Shown piece by piece: positions 27,197-36,159 of a DNA stretch of 37,715 nucleotides. The position numbers and the translations under genes are program-made. The DNA is from Bacteroidota bacterium. GTDB lineage: Bacteria > Bacteroidota > Bacteroidia > Chitinophagales > BACL12. Within the stretch, counting starts at the first letter, position 1. Each line of letters begins with the position of its first letter. The notes beneath the pieces are model-generated. The model saw only the letters and a program-made list of their open reading frames with translations. It had not been told where the DNA came from and did no database searches. The stretch spans positions 1 to 37,715 of the forward strand of contig JANNSM010000277.1 in assembly GCA_031402635.1 (NCBI GenBank), given 5' to 3'.

Positions 27197-28051
27197 TTAG
27201 TAAAGTGTTCCGGCGTTCACTACAGGGTGAGCGGCTCTGTCTGAACACAACACCACCAAAAGATTGGAAACCATGGCAGCCTGCCGCTCCGGATCCAACG
27301 TGATCACCTTGTCCTTTTCGAGTTTCTGCAGCGCCATTTCCACCATACCGACTGCACCTTCAACAATCATGCGTCTTGCCGCGATGATCGCCGCAGCCTG
27401 TTGCCGCTGCAGCATTACTCCGGCAATTTCTTCGGCATAAGCAAGATGATTGATCCGGGCCTCTATGATCTTGACACCGGCCTTGGTTAAACGGTTGTGC
27501 AGTTCGCGCTCCAGTTCATCGTTGACCTGCTCGCCGCCGCCGCGCAACGTGATATCCGACAGGTCTTCATCTGCGTGATCATAACTGTAATGTCCCGCCA
27601 GCGTACGCACGGCTGCATCACTTTGGACGCGCACATAATGCTCATAGTCGTTGACCTCAAACATGGCGTGAGCCGTTTCAGTAACCTGCCAGACCACCAC
27701 AGCAGAAATAATGATCGGGTTGCCTTGTTTATCGTTGACTTTAATTTTCTCCGTGTCCATGTTGCGAGCGCGCAGGCTTACGGTTTGTTTTGACAGAAAC
27801 GGATTAGCCCAGTGAAATCCATCCGTTTTTTCTGTGCCCTTATACTTGCCGAAGAGTACCAACACTTTAGACGAATTGGGGGTAACGATAAAAAAGCCAC
27901 CCAGGAAAAGGAGAGAGAATACCATACTCACTGCAAACAATCCGGGATTGTGAAGGATAGCAAGACTGCAAACAGCCGCAGCGGTCAGGATTAACCAAAC
28001 CAGAAACATGAAGTAGCCATTGGCGGTCGAATACGATTTTTCGTTGATCAT
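27197..28051 (-). CDS. SPFH/band-7 (stomatin/prohibitin-like) domain membrane protein
   Basis: 284 aa with two N-terminal TM helices, followed by an SPFH core and a coiled-coil-like AAAIIAARRMIVEGA segment. Confidence 0.88.
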   Translation of the reverse strand: MINEKSYSTANGYFMFLVWLILTAAAVCSLAILHNPGLFAVSMVFSLLFLGGFFIVTPNSSKVLVLFGKYKGTEKTDGFHWANPFLSKQTVSLRARNMDTEKIKVNDKQGNPIIISAVVVWQVTETAHAMFEVNDYEHYVRVQSDAAVRTLAGHYSYDHADEDLSDITLRGGGEQVNDELERELHNRLTKAGVKIIEARINHLAYAEEIAGVMLQRQQAAAIIAARRMIVEGAVGMVEMALQKLEKDKVITLDPERQAAMVSNLLVVLCSDRAAHPVVNAGTLY

Positions 28052-28066
28052 GGGTTAATTTGTTTT

Positions 28067-28085
28067 GATATCATAAAGATATCAT
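28067..28085. promoter_or_regulatory. direct repeat GATATCAT-AAA-GATATCAT (11-bp phasing), candidate RHH operator
   Basis: Read directly, 16-34 nt upstream of the SPFH start codon (28051, minus strand). Each unit contains the palindrome GATATC. Confidence 0.35.
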
Positions 28086-28271
28086 TAAAGTATCGAAAGC
28101 CGCAAGAGTAGATATCCCAATTAACACAGTTTTAACGTTTGGGTTACCCAATACCTCCCTTCCCCGGTTACCCGGGAATCCTTTTGATTTGAGTTGAAAA
28201 CGAAGATTACCGGACGAGTTATCCGGCTTAAACGGGCGACACTGCTTGTAAACGGCTTAGGAGCGAGTACC

Positions 28272-28589
28272 TCAATATTGGGCCATGTCCGGGTCAATTT
28301 CTTTCGCCCAGGCCAGAATACCGCCTTTCAGGTTGTAGAGATTTTGAAAACCGTGCCGGTCTTCGAGATAGCGGATGACATTCCCGCTTCTGCCGCCGCT
28401 GCGGCAATGCATGATCACTTTCCGATCGCGGGCAATTTGTTCAACGGCACCGGGAATTTCACCAACCGGGATCAGCTCCCCGCCAAGATTGGCTATTTCA
28501 AACTCGTGCGGTTCGCGCACATCAATCAATTGGAAAGGCTCCTCTCCGGCCTTCATCGCCTGCAGCTCTTTTACCGTAATTTCCTTCAT
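28272..28589 (-). CDS. rhodanese-like single-domain sulfurtransferase
   Basis: 105 aa with an active-site loop CRSGGRS and the LIDVREPHEF entry motif. Confidence 0.9.
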   Translation of the reverse strand: MKEITVKELQAMKAGEEPFQLIDVREPHEFEIANLGGELIPVGEIPGAVEQIARDRKVIMHCRSGGRSGNVIRYLEDRHGFQNLYNLKGGILAWAKEIDPDMAQY

Positions 28590-28773
28590 ATTCTTTTGTT
28601 TTTGGGCGGTCCAGGAAGCTGGCTATCCTTTTTTAACGCAGCAAAGCTATACATTGTCTTTGTAGACATTTCCAGGAAAGGATCAATTCACATTCAGAAG
28701 TCATACCTTGTTTAGGGTAGCGAATGACCTGACTTCGGTATTGTTCCGAAAAGCCCTCCGGTGTTAATTTGCA

Positions 28774-29031
28774 TTGTCTGGATTGAGTCTAAACAGGCCC
28801 TGCTTGCGAACTGCGCTAAACCTCCAAAGCAATGAACTGGCCGAAGTGGCCGGGTTTGCGGATAACCGCATGGCGCCGATGTTACTTGAACTCGGATGCC
28901 GCCCCGGCAATTCCATTCGCCTGGTTCGAAAAGGGTACTTCCACGGTCCGCTTTATCTAAAAATCGCCGACCGGGTGCTTGCTTTCCGTCAGGAAGAGGC
29001 GGACTCCATTATCCTCACTGAACCCAGTTGA
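28774..29031 (+). CDS. feoA: ferrous iron transport protein A
   Basis: FeoA SH3-like pattern (LAEVAGF ... LLELGCRPGNSIRLV ... PLYLKIADRVLAFRQEEADSIIL). No in-frame ATG precedes the domain. Start candidates are TTG at 28774 or TTG at 28804. Confidence 0.8.
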   Translation: MSGLSLNRPCLRTALNLQSNELAEVAGFADNRMAPMLLELGCRPGNSIRLVRKGYFHGPLYLKIADRVLAFRQEEADSIILTEPS

Positions 29032-31145
29032 AGGCTGCCACAGCCCCATTGCGGGTGGCTTTGGCCGGCAACCCCAACTCCGGGAAATCTTCTGTTTTCA
29101 ACTGCCTGACCGGCCTGCAACAAAAGGTCGGCAACTTCCCGGGCGTTACGGTTGATAAGAAAACCGGTCAACTCACCCTTCCTTCCGGGCTCAACGCCGA
29201 ATTAGTTGACTTACCCGGGGTTTACAGCCTCTATCCGCATTCTCCGGACCAGGTCGTTACCCTTCAGGTTTTGCTTGACGAGCATGATGCCCTTCACCCG
29301 GACGCGGTGCTGTACATCGCCGATTCTTCTAATCTTGAGCGGCACTTATTGCTCTTTACAGAAATCGCAGACCTTGGCATTCCTGTTATTCTCTGCCTCA
29401 ACCAACTGGATATTGCCGAAAAGGAAGGCTTGCGAACCGATGAAAAGGTGCTGGCAAACAGTCTCGGCGTACCCGTTATCAGGATCAACGGCAGGACCGG
29501 CGAAGGGCTTGACCGCGTGCTTTCCTGCTTAACTCAATCGCTGGTTTCAAGAGCGGAACCCTTTTGGAAAGCGGAAAATGCCGCGAAACCAATTGTGCGT
29601 GCAGTCAAAAAAGTATTGCCAGACCTTGCGGCTTATCAAGCTGTGCTGGTAGCTCACCATTATCGCCTGCTTCCTTTTGTCAGCGAGCCTGCCCGGGGGG
29701 CTCTGGCCAGGGAACTGGAAATCGCTGGTTTCCTGCCTTTGCGTGCGCAGGTCAATGAAACCCTTGCGCGTTTCGATCACCTTGCACCCCTGGTGAGGGC
29801 GGCAACACGTTCCGCCAGTGGAACCAAACCCAATCAATCCGATCGGATTGATCGAATATTGACTCATCCGGTTTATGGAACGATTACTTTTTTTGCGGTA
29901 CTGCTGCTGATTTTTCAAGCCATGTTCAGTTGGGCTGACCTGCCCATGAAATTGATGGATGAAGGGCTAACCGCCAGTCGTCAGTTTCTTGCAGACCGGT
30001 TGCCTGCCAGCATCATGACCGATTTGCTTACCGATGGTGTTCTTCCGGGAATCGGTGGAATCCTGATTTTTATTCCACAGATTGCGGTCCTGTTTTTATT
30101 GGTTTCACTGATGGAAGAAGTGGGTTACATGGCACGGGCCGTATATCTATCGGACAACCTGATGAGGCGATTCGGACTGAACGGCAGGAGTTTCGTGGCG
30201 CTGATTTCCGGTGTGGCTTGCGCCGTTCCGGCCGTGATGACCGCGCGGGGCATCACCAACCGGCAGGAGCGGATGGCAACCATTTTCGTAACCCCTTTCA
30301 TGAGCTGCTCGGCTCGCCTCCCGGTGTTTGCACTGTTGATCGCTTTTGCGGTGCCGGACCGCAGCACTGCCTGGGGTCTCCTTGACCTGCAGGGCGCAGT
30401 GATGTTTTCCCTTTACCTGCTGGGCGCTTTTGCCGCCCTGGCATCGGCCTGGATGATCAAGCGGCTCTTCCGCTCCCCGGAGCCATCTTACCTGATGCTT
30501 GAACTTCCTTCGTACCAGGCCCCCCACTGGCGCAATGTTTACACTACCGTCTGGATAAAAGTGAAGTTGTTTATTACCAATGCCGGCAAAATCATTCTCG
30601 TGATCTCCCTGGTGCTGTGGGGCTTGAGCAGTTACGGACCCGGCACCAGCGTAAGGGATACTGAGCGTGAAATTCGCAATAGTGAAGAGGCATCTTTACT
30701 GGAACCCGATGAATTGGAAAGCCTGATTGCAGCACGTCGCCTTGAAGCGAGCTGGGCGGGCCAGCTCGGCCACCTCATTGAACCGGCTATTGCCCCGCTT
30801 GGATTTGACTGGAAGATCGGCATCGCGCTGATCACCTCTTTTGCCGCCCGGGAAGTATTTGTGAGCACCATGGCCACTATATACAGTGCCGGGGATCCCG
30901 ATGATAAAAGCGGTATCATCGAGTCCATGCGCAAGGATGTGCATTCCAGTTCCGGTCTGCCGGTTTATACCACGGCAACCGCCATTTCGCTCCTGCTATT
31001 TTATGTTTTTGCCATGCAGTGCATGAGCACTTTGGCAGTAGTTCAGCGTGAGACCAACTCGTGGAAAATTCCCGTTTACCAGTTTCTGTATATGACCGGT
31101 CTTGCCTACGGCGTGAGTCTGCTGACCTATCAGGTTTTGAGCTGA
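29028..31145 (+). CDS. feoB: ferrous iron transport protein B
   Basis: 705 aa. G-domain motifs are GNPNSGKSSVFN and DLPGVYSL, followed by a polytopic permease domain. The TTG start overlaps the feoA stop (TTGA). Confidence 0.95.
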   Translation: MKAATAPLRVALAGNPNSGKSSVFNCLTGLQQKVGNFPGVTVDKKTGQLTLPSGLNAELVDLPGVYSLYPHSPDQVVTLQVLLDEHDALHPDAVLYIADSSNLERHLLLFTEIADLGIPVILCLNQLDIAEKEGLRTDEKVLANSLGVPVIRINGRTGEGLDRVLSCLTQSLVSRAEPFWKAENAAKPIVRAVKKVLPDLAAYQAVLVAHHYRLLPFVSEPARGALARELEIAGFLPLRAQVNETLARFDHLAPLVRAATRSASGTKPNQSDRIDRILTHPVYGTITFFAVLLLIFQAMFSWADLPMKLMDEGLTASRQFLADRLPASIMTDLLTDGVLPGIGGILIFIPQIAVLFLLVSLMEEVGYMARAVYLSDNLMRRFGLNGRSFVALISGVACAVPAVMTARGITNRQERMATIFVTPFMSCSARLPVFALLIAFAVPDRSTAWGLLDLQGAVMFSLYLLGAFAALASAWMIKRLFRSPEPSYLMLELPSYQAPHWRNVYTTVWIKVKLFITNAGKIILVISLVLWGLSSYGPGTSVRDTEREIRNSEEASLLEPDELESLIAARRLEASWAGQLGHLIEPAIAPLGFDWKIGIALITSFAAREVFVSTMATIYSAGDPDDKSGIIESMRKDVHSSSGLPVYTTATAISLLLFYVFAMQCMSTLAVVQRETNSWKIPVYQFLYMTGLAYGVSLLTYQVLS

Positions 31146-31260
31146 CTTTTGTGTGGACGGCTTCTTCAAGCGGATAATAAACCTTTATGGCCTCATTCGT
31201 TTTTTCCTAAAAATGATGACTTTCGTATATTGTGTCCACAGGTTTTATCTGTGATAATAG

Positions 31261-32928
31261 ATGAGGTACTCTTGCCTTCTGCTCCTTTTTTGTGCGGTCA
31301 CTTGCTTAATTCCGACGAAAATATTGTGTGGTCAGGGATCAGGTTACAGTATTTCGGGTGAAGAACCTGCCTATATTGATTGTGGACCTTCCAAGACTGA
31401 TTTAAATTTTCCCTATACCATCGAAGCATGGGTCAAACTCGATGCCATACCCACGCTAGGTTACGCTATTTGGGATAGTGGGCTGGAACCTAGTGGGCTC
31501 TACTATGGATCTTGGTTCCTGATTACTTCGGTTGGAGAAGTTGCACTTGTCTACGGCGATGGTACAGGCTTAGGATCAGCAGACCGTCGTTCTATTTTCT
31601 CTACTGTTTCGATACCCTTGGGCGAATGGGTTCATATCTGCGGCGTTCAGGATGGACCGCTGGTTGGTAGGATCTATATCAATGGGATTGAAGTGCCTGT
31701 TACCTATGCAGGTACTGGTGGAATGACTATTGTCCATTACCCCGCCGGGAGACAAACCATCGGTTGGCACGAATCACTCATTCCCGGTATTTATTTGGAT
31801 GGTGAACTTGATGAATTGCGGGTATGGGGGGTAGGTCGAACAGAAGCTGAAATCCGCGAAACCATGTGCCAAAAACTATCGGGCACAGAGCCGGGTTTGG
31901 AAGCTTACTGGCGATTTGATGAAGGTATGGGAACGACAGTGGCCGATCTATCCGGGAGTGGACACAACGGAACCTTTGTCGGTGCCATGAATTGGCAATT
32001 GTCAGGAGCACCGTTAGGAGACACGTCCATCTACACTTATCCCGCTTCCTGGTTAGGAGAAACGTTGACCATTGAAGGGCCGGGATCAGAACAATTTACC
32101 GTTAGCGATGTCGCAGCAGTTGCTGTTCGCGGCCTGCACATTTATCGCGTTGACGAGTTCCCAAATGATCTTAGTGGTTTGCCAACAGGTACCTCAGATC
32201 ATTATTATGGAGTCTTTTCCACCACATTTGCAAGCACCTATACGATAAATGCTTCCCTCATTGATACGGCTTGCACTGCGTGTACGATTGATTGGGTCAC
32301 CAGGAATGACAATGCTGCAGGGCCGTGGTTGACCCTTCCTGGTATTCCTTCCCCTTCAGGATGTATCCGGTCAAAATCAGGTGAAAGCAGCATCGGCGAT
32401 TCCTGGCGAGCGGAATATGCTTGGGCAGATAGTTCAGTATTCGTAGCGGCTTTCTCAGGAGACACCACTTTCAATAGCATTTGCGAAGGGGATTCGGTGC
32501 AGGTAGAAGGCAACTGGCTTAGTGCTGCGGGGATATATCCTTTCCTAAATCCAGGAATTTCGGGTTGTGACAGCCTGACTTGGTATGCGCTAGACATAGA
32601 AACTTGTCAGGATACGATACCTGAAGAGCCCTTGGATACCTGCATTTTGGCTTTGCCAAATGCTTTCAGCCCGAATGCCGATGGAATCAACGATGAATTC
32701 GGTATCCCTCAAGCCATTGTTTGTAATGACCTTACTTTTTTTAATTTGGTCATTTACAACCGATGGGGACAACTCATTTGGGCAACATCTAGTCCTGACG
32801 TCAAATGGAATGGCACGTTCAAAGGAAAGGACCAAGAACTGGGCGTTTATGTATGGTTACTTCAATATCAACGTGCGCAGCAGCCGTCTTTTGAAAAACA
32901 ATCCGGAACAGTCACACTCATTAAGTGA
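31261..32928 (+). CDS. secreted LamG/concanavalin-A-like lectin domain protein with T9SS type-B (gliding-motility C-terminal) sorting domain
   Basis: 555 aa, signal peptide. LamG-like segment (FPYTIEAWVKLD ... LDELRVWGVGRTEAEI). C-terminal sorting domain PNAFSPNADGINDEF ... VIYNRWGQLIW ... WNGTFKGK ... GVYVW. Confidence 0.85.
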   Translation: MRYSCLLLLFCAVTCLIPTKILCGQGSGYSISGEEPAYIDCGPSKTDLNFPYTIEAWVKLDAIPTLGYAIWDSGLEPSGLYYGSWFLITSVGEVALVYGDGTGLGSADRRSIFSTVSIPLGEWVHICGVQDGPLVGRIYINGIEVPVTYAGTGGMTIVHYPAGRQTIGWHESLIPGIYLDGELDELRVWGVGRTEAEIRETMCQKLSGTEPGLEAYWRFDEGMGTTVADLSGSGHNGTFVGAMNWQLSGAPLGDTSIYTYPASWLGETLTIEGPGSEQFTVSDVAAVAVRGLHIYRVDEFPNDLSGLPTGTSDHYYGVFSTTFASTYTINASLIDTACTACTIDWVTRNDNAAGPWLTLPGIPSPSGCIRSKSGESSIGDSWRAEYAWADSSVFVAAFSGDTTFNSICEGDSVQVEGNWLSAAGIYPFLNPGISGCDSLTWYALDIETCQDTIPEEPLDTCILALPNAFSPNADGINDEFGIPQAIVCNDLTFFNLVIYNRWGQLIWATSSPDVKWNGTFKGKDQELGVYVWLLQYQRAQQPSFEKQSGTVTLIK

Positions 32929-32995
32929 GTAATCGCAGATAATAACACATGATCTGGATTGCACCTCCAGGCATCCTTGCTACTGCATTTCTCCC

Positions 32996-33030
32996 AAAAA
33001 ATATGTCCCCAACCTTGCGGAAAGGGACAT
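32996..33030 (-). terminator. intrinsic terminator after cysN
   Basis: A 7-bp stem, ATGTCCC (33003-33009) with GGGACAT (33024-33030), and a 14-nt loop. On the minus-strand RNA it is followed by A-UUUUUU (rc of the A6 run at 32996-33001). It sits between convergent genes. Confidence 0.5.
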
Positions 33031-33061
33031 TATATTCGTCCTTGAAGGAAAGGGGGCCTAA

Positions 33062-34363
33062 TCAGATAATCATGCAGGCACCCACCGTATTGTTGGTGGC
33101 TTCGTCAATCAGGATGAGCGAACCGGTAATCCTGTTGCGGCGATAGTTATCGTAGAACAGGCGGTTAGTGGTCCGGATTGAAATCCGACCGATGTCATTC
33201 AGGCCGAGGATTTTCTGGTCTTCGAGTTTGTGTAGGGTATTGATGTCCACTTTGTAGCGAACATCTTTGATGATGCAGCGGGTTTCCCGGGTGGTGTGCT
33301 GTACCGAATACTTCCCGTTGAGCTGAAGCGGGGTTTCGCTCATCCAGCAGACCATCAGCTCGATATCCTGACCTTCTTCCGGCATATTATTTTCCCGGAC
33401 AATCATGTCACCGCGGGAAATATCAATGTCATCTTCGAGCGTAAGGGTAACAGACATTGGCGCGAAGGCTTCTTCGATCTCACCGTTGTAATCCACAATG
33501 GAGGCTACACGGGTGACAAAACCGCTGGGCAGGTGCACGACGCGATCGCCTTTCTTCCAAATACCCCCTGCGATTCGGCCGGCGTATCCACGAAAATCGT
33601 GAAATTCTTCACTTTGCGGACGAACCACCATCTGCACGGGGAAACGGGCATCAATGTGGTTGTAATCAGAACCGATGTGCACGTGTTCCAGGGTGTATAA
33701 CAGGGTCGGGCCGTCAAACCAGGGCATTTTGACGGAACGGTCAACAACGTTGTCACCATTAAGCGCTGAGATGGGGATAAAACGCACGTCTTTGGTATCG
33801 AGCTTGGCGCTGAAGTCCGTGAACTGATCCACGATGCGTTCATAGGCCTCTTCGCTGTACTCCACCAGATCCATCTTGTTGATGCAAACCACAATGTGCG
33901 GGATCTGCAAGAGGGACGCAATGAACGTGTGGCGGTGGGTTTGCTCAACAATACCGTTTCGGGCATCTACCAGAATGATGGCTACGTTGGCGGTCGAAGC
34001 GCCGGTGACCATGTTGCGGGTGTACTGAATGTGGCCAGGGGTATCGGCAATGATGAACTTGCGTTTGGGTGTCGCGAAGTATCGGTAGGCCACGTCAATG
34101 GTAATACCTTGTTCACGCTCCGCCTTAAGCCCGTCGGTCAGCAGGGCCAGGTTCACTTTTTCCTCTCCACGACGCTTGCTGGAAGCTTCGATCGCTTCCA
34201 TCTGGTCTTCAAATATGGATTTGGAGTCGTAAAGCAGACGACCGATGAGGGTACTCTTTCCGTCGTCCACGCTGCCAGCGGTAGTAAACCGCATCAATTC
34301 CATGTCGAGGTATCCTTTTGAGTCGAATTCTTCGACTTCCTGGATGCCGTTTTCGCTGCTCAT
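33062..34363 (-). CDS. cysN: sulfate adenylyltransferase subunit 1 (GTPase)
   Basis: 433 aa. G motifs are GSVDDGKSTLIGRLL, DTPGH and NKMD, with EF-Tu-like domains II and III. No fused APS-kinase domain. Confidence 0.95.
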   Translation of the reverse strand: MSSENGIQEVEEFDSKGYLDMELMRFTTAGSVDDGKSTLIGRLLYDSKSIFEDQMEAIEASSKRRGEEKVNLALLTDGLKAEREQGITIDVAYRYFATPKRKFIIADTPGHIQYTRNMVTGASTANVAIILVDARNGIVEQTHRHTFIASLLQIPHIVVCINKMDLVEYSEEAYERIVDQFTDFSAKLDTKDVRFIPISALNGDNVVDRSVKMPWFDGPTLLYTLEHVHIGSDYNHIDARFPVQMVVRPQSEEFHDFRGYAGRIAGGIWKKGDRVVHLPSGFVTRVASIVDYNGEIEEAFAPMSVTLTLEDDIDISRGDMIVRENNMPEEGQDIELMVCWMSETPLQLNGKYSVQHTTRETRCIIKDVRYKVDINTLHKLEDQKILGLNDIGRISIRTTNRLFYDNYRRNRITGSLILIDEATNNTVGACMII

Positions 34364-34381
34364 AATTGTCCAGTATTGGAA

Positions 34382-35287
34382 TTAGAAATAACCTTTTTTC
34401 TTCCGATCCTCCATCGAAGTTTCCGACCGTTTGTCGTCGGCACGGCCGCCGCGCTCTGTAACGCGGGTAGAGGCCACTTCCTGGATGATTTCTTCCAGCG
34501 TGCTGGCCGTTGACTCGATGGCACCGGTGCAGGTGGCATCGCCGATGGTCCGGAAACGTACCGTATCGGTAAATACTTTTTCCGTTTCGCGAACGGTGAT
34601 AAAATCGGTCTTGGCCAGCAGCATCCCATCTCGCTCCAGCACTTCGCGCTGGTGAGAGAAATAGATCGGAGGAATTGGGATGCTTTCCAGCAGGATGTAT
34701 TGCCATACATCCATCTCCGTCCAGTTTGAAATCGGGAATACCCGGAAGTGCTCGCCGATATGATGACGGGCGTTGAACAGGTTCCACAGTTCCGGACGCT
34801 GATTCTTGGGGTCCCACTGACCAAACTCGTCGCGGTGCGAGAAAAAGCGCTCTTTGGCGCGGGCCTTTTCTTCGTCGCGCCTGGCGCCGCCCATGGCAGC
34901 ATCAAACTTGTGCTTCTCCAGGGTCTCCAGCAAGGTCACCGTTTGCAAGGCGTTACGGCTGGCATTCATGCCCTTTTCTTCAACTGCAGTGCCACGGTCA
35001 ATGGAATCCTGCACCATACCGACGATCAGTTCGGCTTTGGTTTCTTTAACCAGCCAGTCGCGGTACTCAATGGTTTCCGGGAAGTTATGACCGGTGTCAA
35101 CGTGGACCAGAGGAAAAGGAATGCGGCCAGGCCAGAACGCTTTTCTTGCCAGGAACACCATAACGATGGAGTCCTTTCCACCGGAAAAAAGCAAAGCCGG
35201 CTTCTCGAATTTCGCCGCGACTTCTCGCATGACGAAAATGGATTCCGATTCCAGCTCTCGAATGTGGGATAAATTGTAAGAAACCAT
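34382..35287 (-). CDS. cysD: sulfate adenylyltransferase subunit 2
   Basis: 301 aa with the PAPS-reductase-fold PP-loop (LFSGGKDSIVM) and a conserved CysD C-terminus (RADDKRSETSMEDRKKKGYF). Confidence 0.95.
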   Translation of the reverse strand: MVSYNLSHIRELESESIFVMREVAAKFEKPALLFSGGKDSIVMVFLARKAFWPGRIPFPLVHVDTGHNFPETIEYRDWLVKETKAELIVGMVQDSIDRGTAVEEKGMNASRNALQTVTLLETLEKHKFDAAMGGARRDEEKARAKERFFSHRDEFGQWDPKNQRPELWNLFNARHHIGEHFRVFPISNWTEMDVWQYILLESIPIPPIYFSHQREVLERDGMLLAKTDFITVRETEKVFTDTVRFRTIGDATCTGAIESTASTLEEIIQEVASTRVTERGGRADDKRSETSMEDRKKKGYF

Positions 35288-35311
35288 AGCAGTCGCTGTC
35301 TTGAGAAAATC

Positions 35312-35923
35312 TTAATTCTTGGGGTACTCGATAAGTGGCAAAATCTGGTCAATCAGATAGGCCACCGATTGTTCCGGGGTTTGTTCAGAGGTTTCAATCA
35401 CTACCTGAGGGTTGCGGGGAATGTCAAAAGGTGCATCCTTGCCGGTGAAATTCACGATTTCGCCGTTCCTCGCCTTCGCGTAAAGGCCCTTTACGTCGCG
35501 CTCTTCACAAAGTTCATAGGAAGCTTTGACGTAAACCTCGATGAAGTCTTCCGCGCCGATAATTTTCCTGGCCAGATCGCGCAGATCGTAGGTGGGACTC
35601 ACAAAAGAATTGATCGTGATAATTCCACCTTCGACAAACAATTTGGAGACTTCGGCAACCCGGCGGATATTCTCCAGCCGATCTTCTTCAGAAAATCCAA
35701 GGTTGCTGTTGATCCCGGTCCGGACGTTATCTCCATCCAATAATTTAGTCAGAAAACCCTGTCCGTGAAGCACCTGTTCCACACCTTTGGCAATCGTACT
35801 CTTACCAGAGCCTGAAAGACCGGTCATCCAGATCACTTTTGCCCGCTGTTTAAGGAAAACTTCCTTATCGCTGCGCTGCAGGATCTGGTCGAAAATTGGG
35901 TGAATATTTTGTCCGGCACTCAT
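35312..35923 (-). CDS. cysC: adenylyl-sulfate kinase
   Basis: 203 aa with P-loop GLSGSGKSTIA, LDGDNVR, and FSEEDR followed shortly by ENIRRVAEV. Confidence 0.95.
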   Translation of the reverse strand: MSAGQNIHPIFDQILQRSDKEVFLKQRAKVIWMTGLSGSGKSTIAKGVEQVLHGQGFLTKLLDGDNVRTGINSNLGFSEEDRLENIRRVAEVSKLFVEGGIITINSFVSPTYDLRDLARKIIGAEDFIEVYVKASYELCEERDVKGLYAKARNGEIVNFTGKDAPFDIPRNPQVVIETSEQTPEQSVAYLIDQILPLIEYPKN

Positions 35924-35979
35924 GGCTTGGGTGGCATTGTTCCGGGGTCCGGGAAGACCTGGGTCCGAATTTCGAAGGG

Positions 35980-35987
35980 CAAAGTTA
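35980..35987 (-). promoter_or_regulatory. candidate Bacteroidota -7 promoter element TAACTTTG for the cysCDN operon
   Basis: The minus strand reads TAACTTTG, an exact match to TAnnTTTG, 57 nt upstream of the cysC ATG. A TTTG (rc at 36010-36013) lies 22 nt further upstream, slightly long for a -33 element. Confidence 0.3.
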
Positions 35988-36034
35988 CAAATTCAGAGGC
36001 AACCTCGCTCAAAAAACATTTCGTGTGTCATTAT

Positions 36035-36049
36035 GACACTTAGCCGCAA
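36035..36049. promoter_or_regulatory. palindrome GTGTCAT-T-ATGACAC in the cysCDN upstream region
   Basis: 7-bp perfect arms read directly, ~20 nt upstream of the putative -33 element. Confidence 0.3.
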
Positions 36050-36159
36050 CCCCTGATAAAACTTTGTAAACCAGTCATTTTACCCCTTTCCCATTGGAGT
36101 TTTCAGCGATTTTCCGGGATGCCCGATGCTTAAAATGGGTTCAGACCGGGGGGAAAAGC

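Noticed and set aside
28194-28715. 173-aa plus-strand ORF.
   Set aside because: It is antisense to the well-supported rhodanese gene (CRSGGRS active site) and extends into both flanking spacers.
34209-34905. Minus-strand ORFs 34209-34817 and 34360-34905 (202 and 181 aa).
   Set aside because: They are alternative frames within cysD and cysN. The products are Arg/Pro/Ser-rich with no motifs, whereas cysD in its own frame is unambiguous.
35924-36159. SAM (S-box) riboswitch in the cys operon leader.
   Set aside because: I could not find the conserved S-box core sequences on the minus strand. A promoter plus palindrome is the simpler reading.
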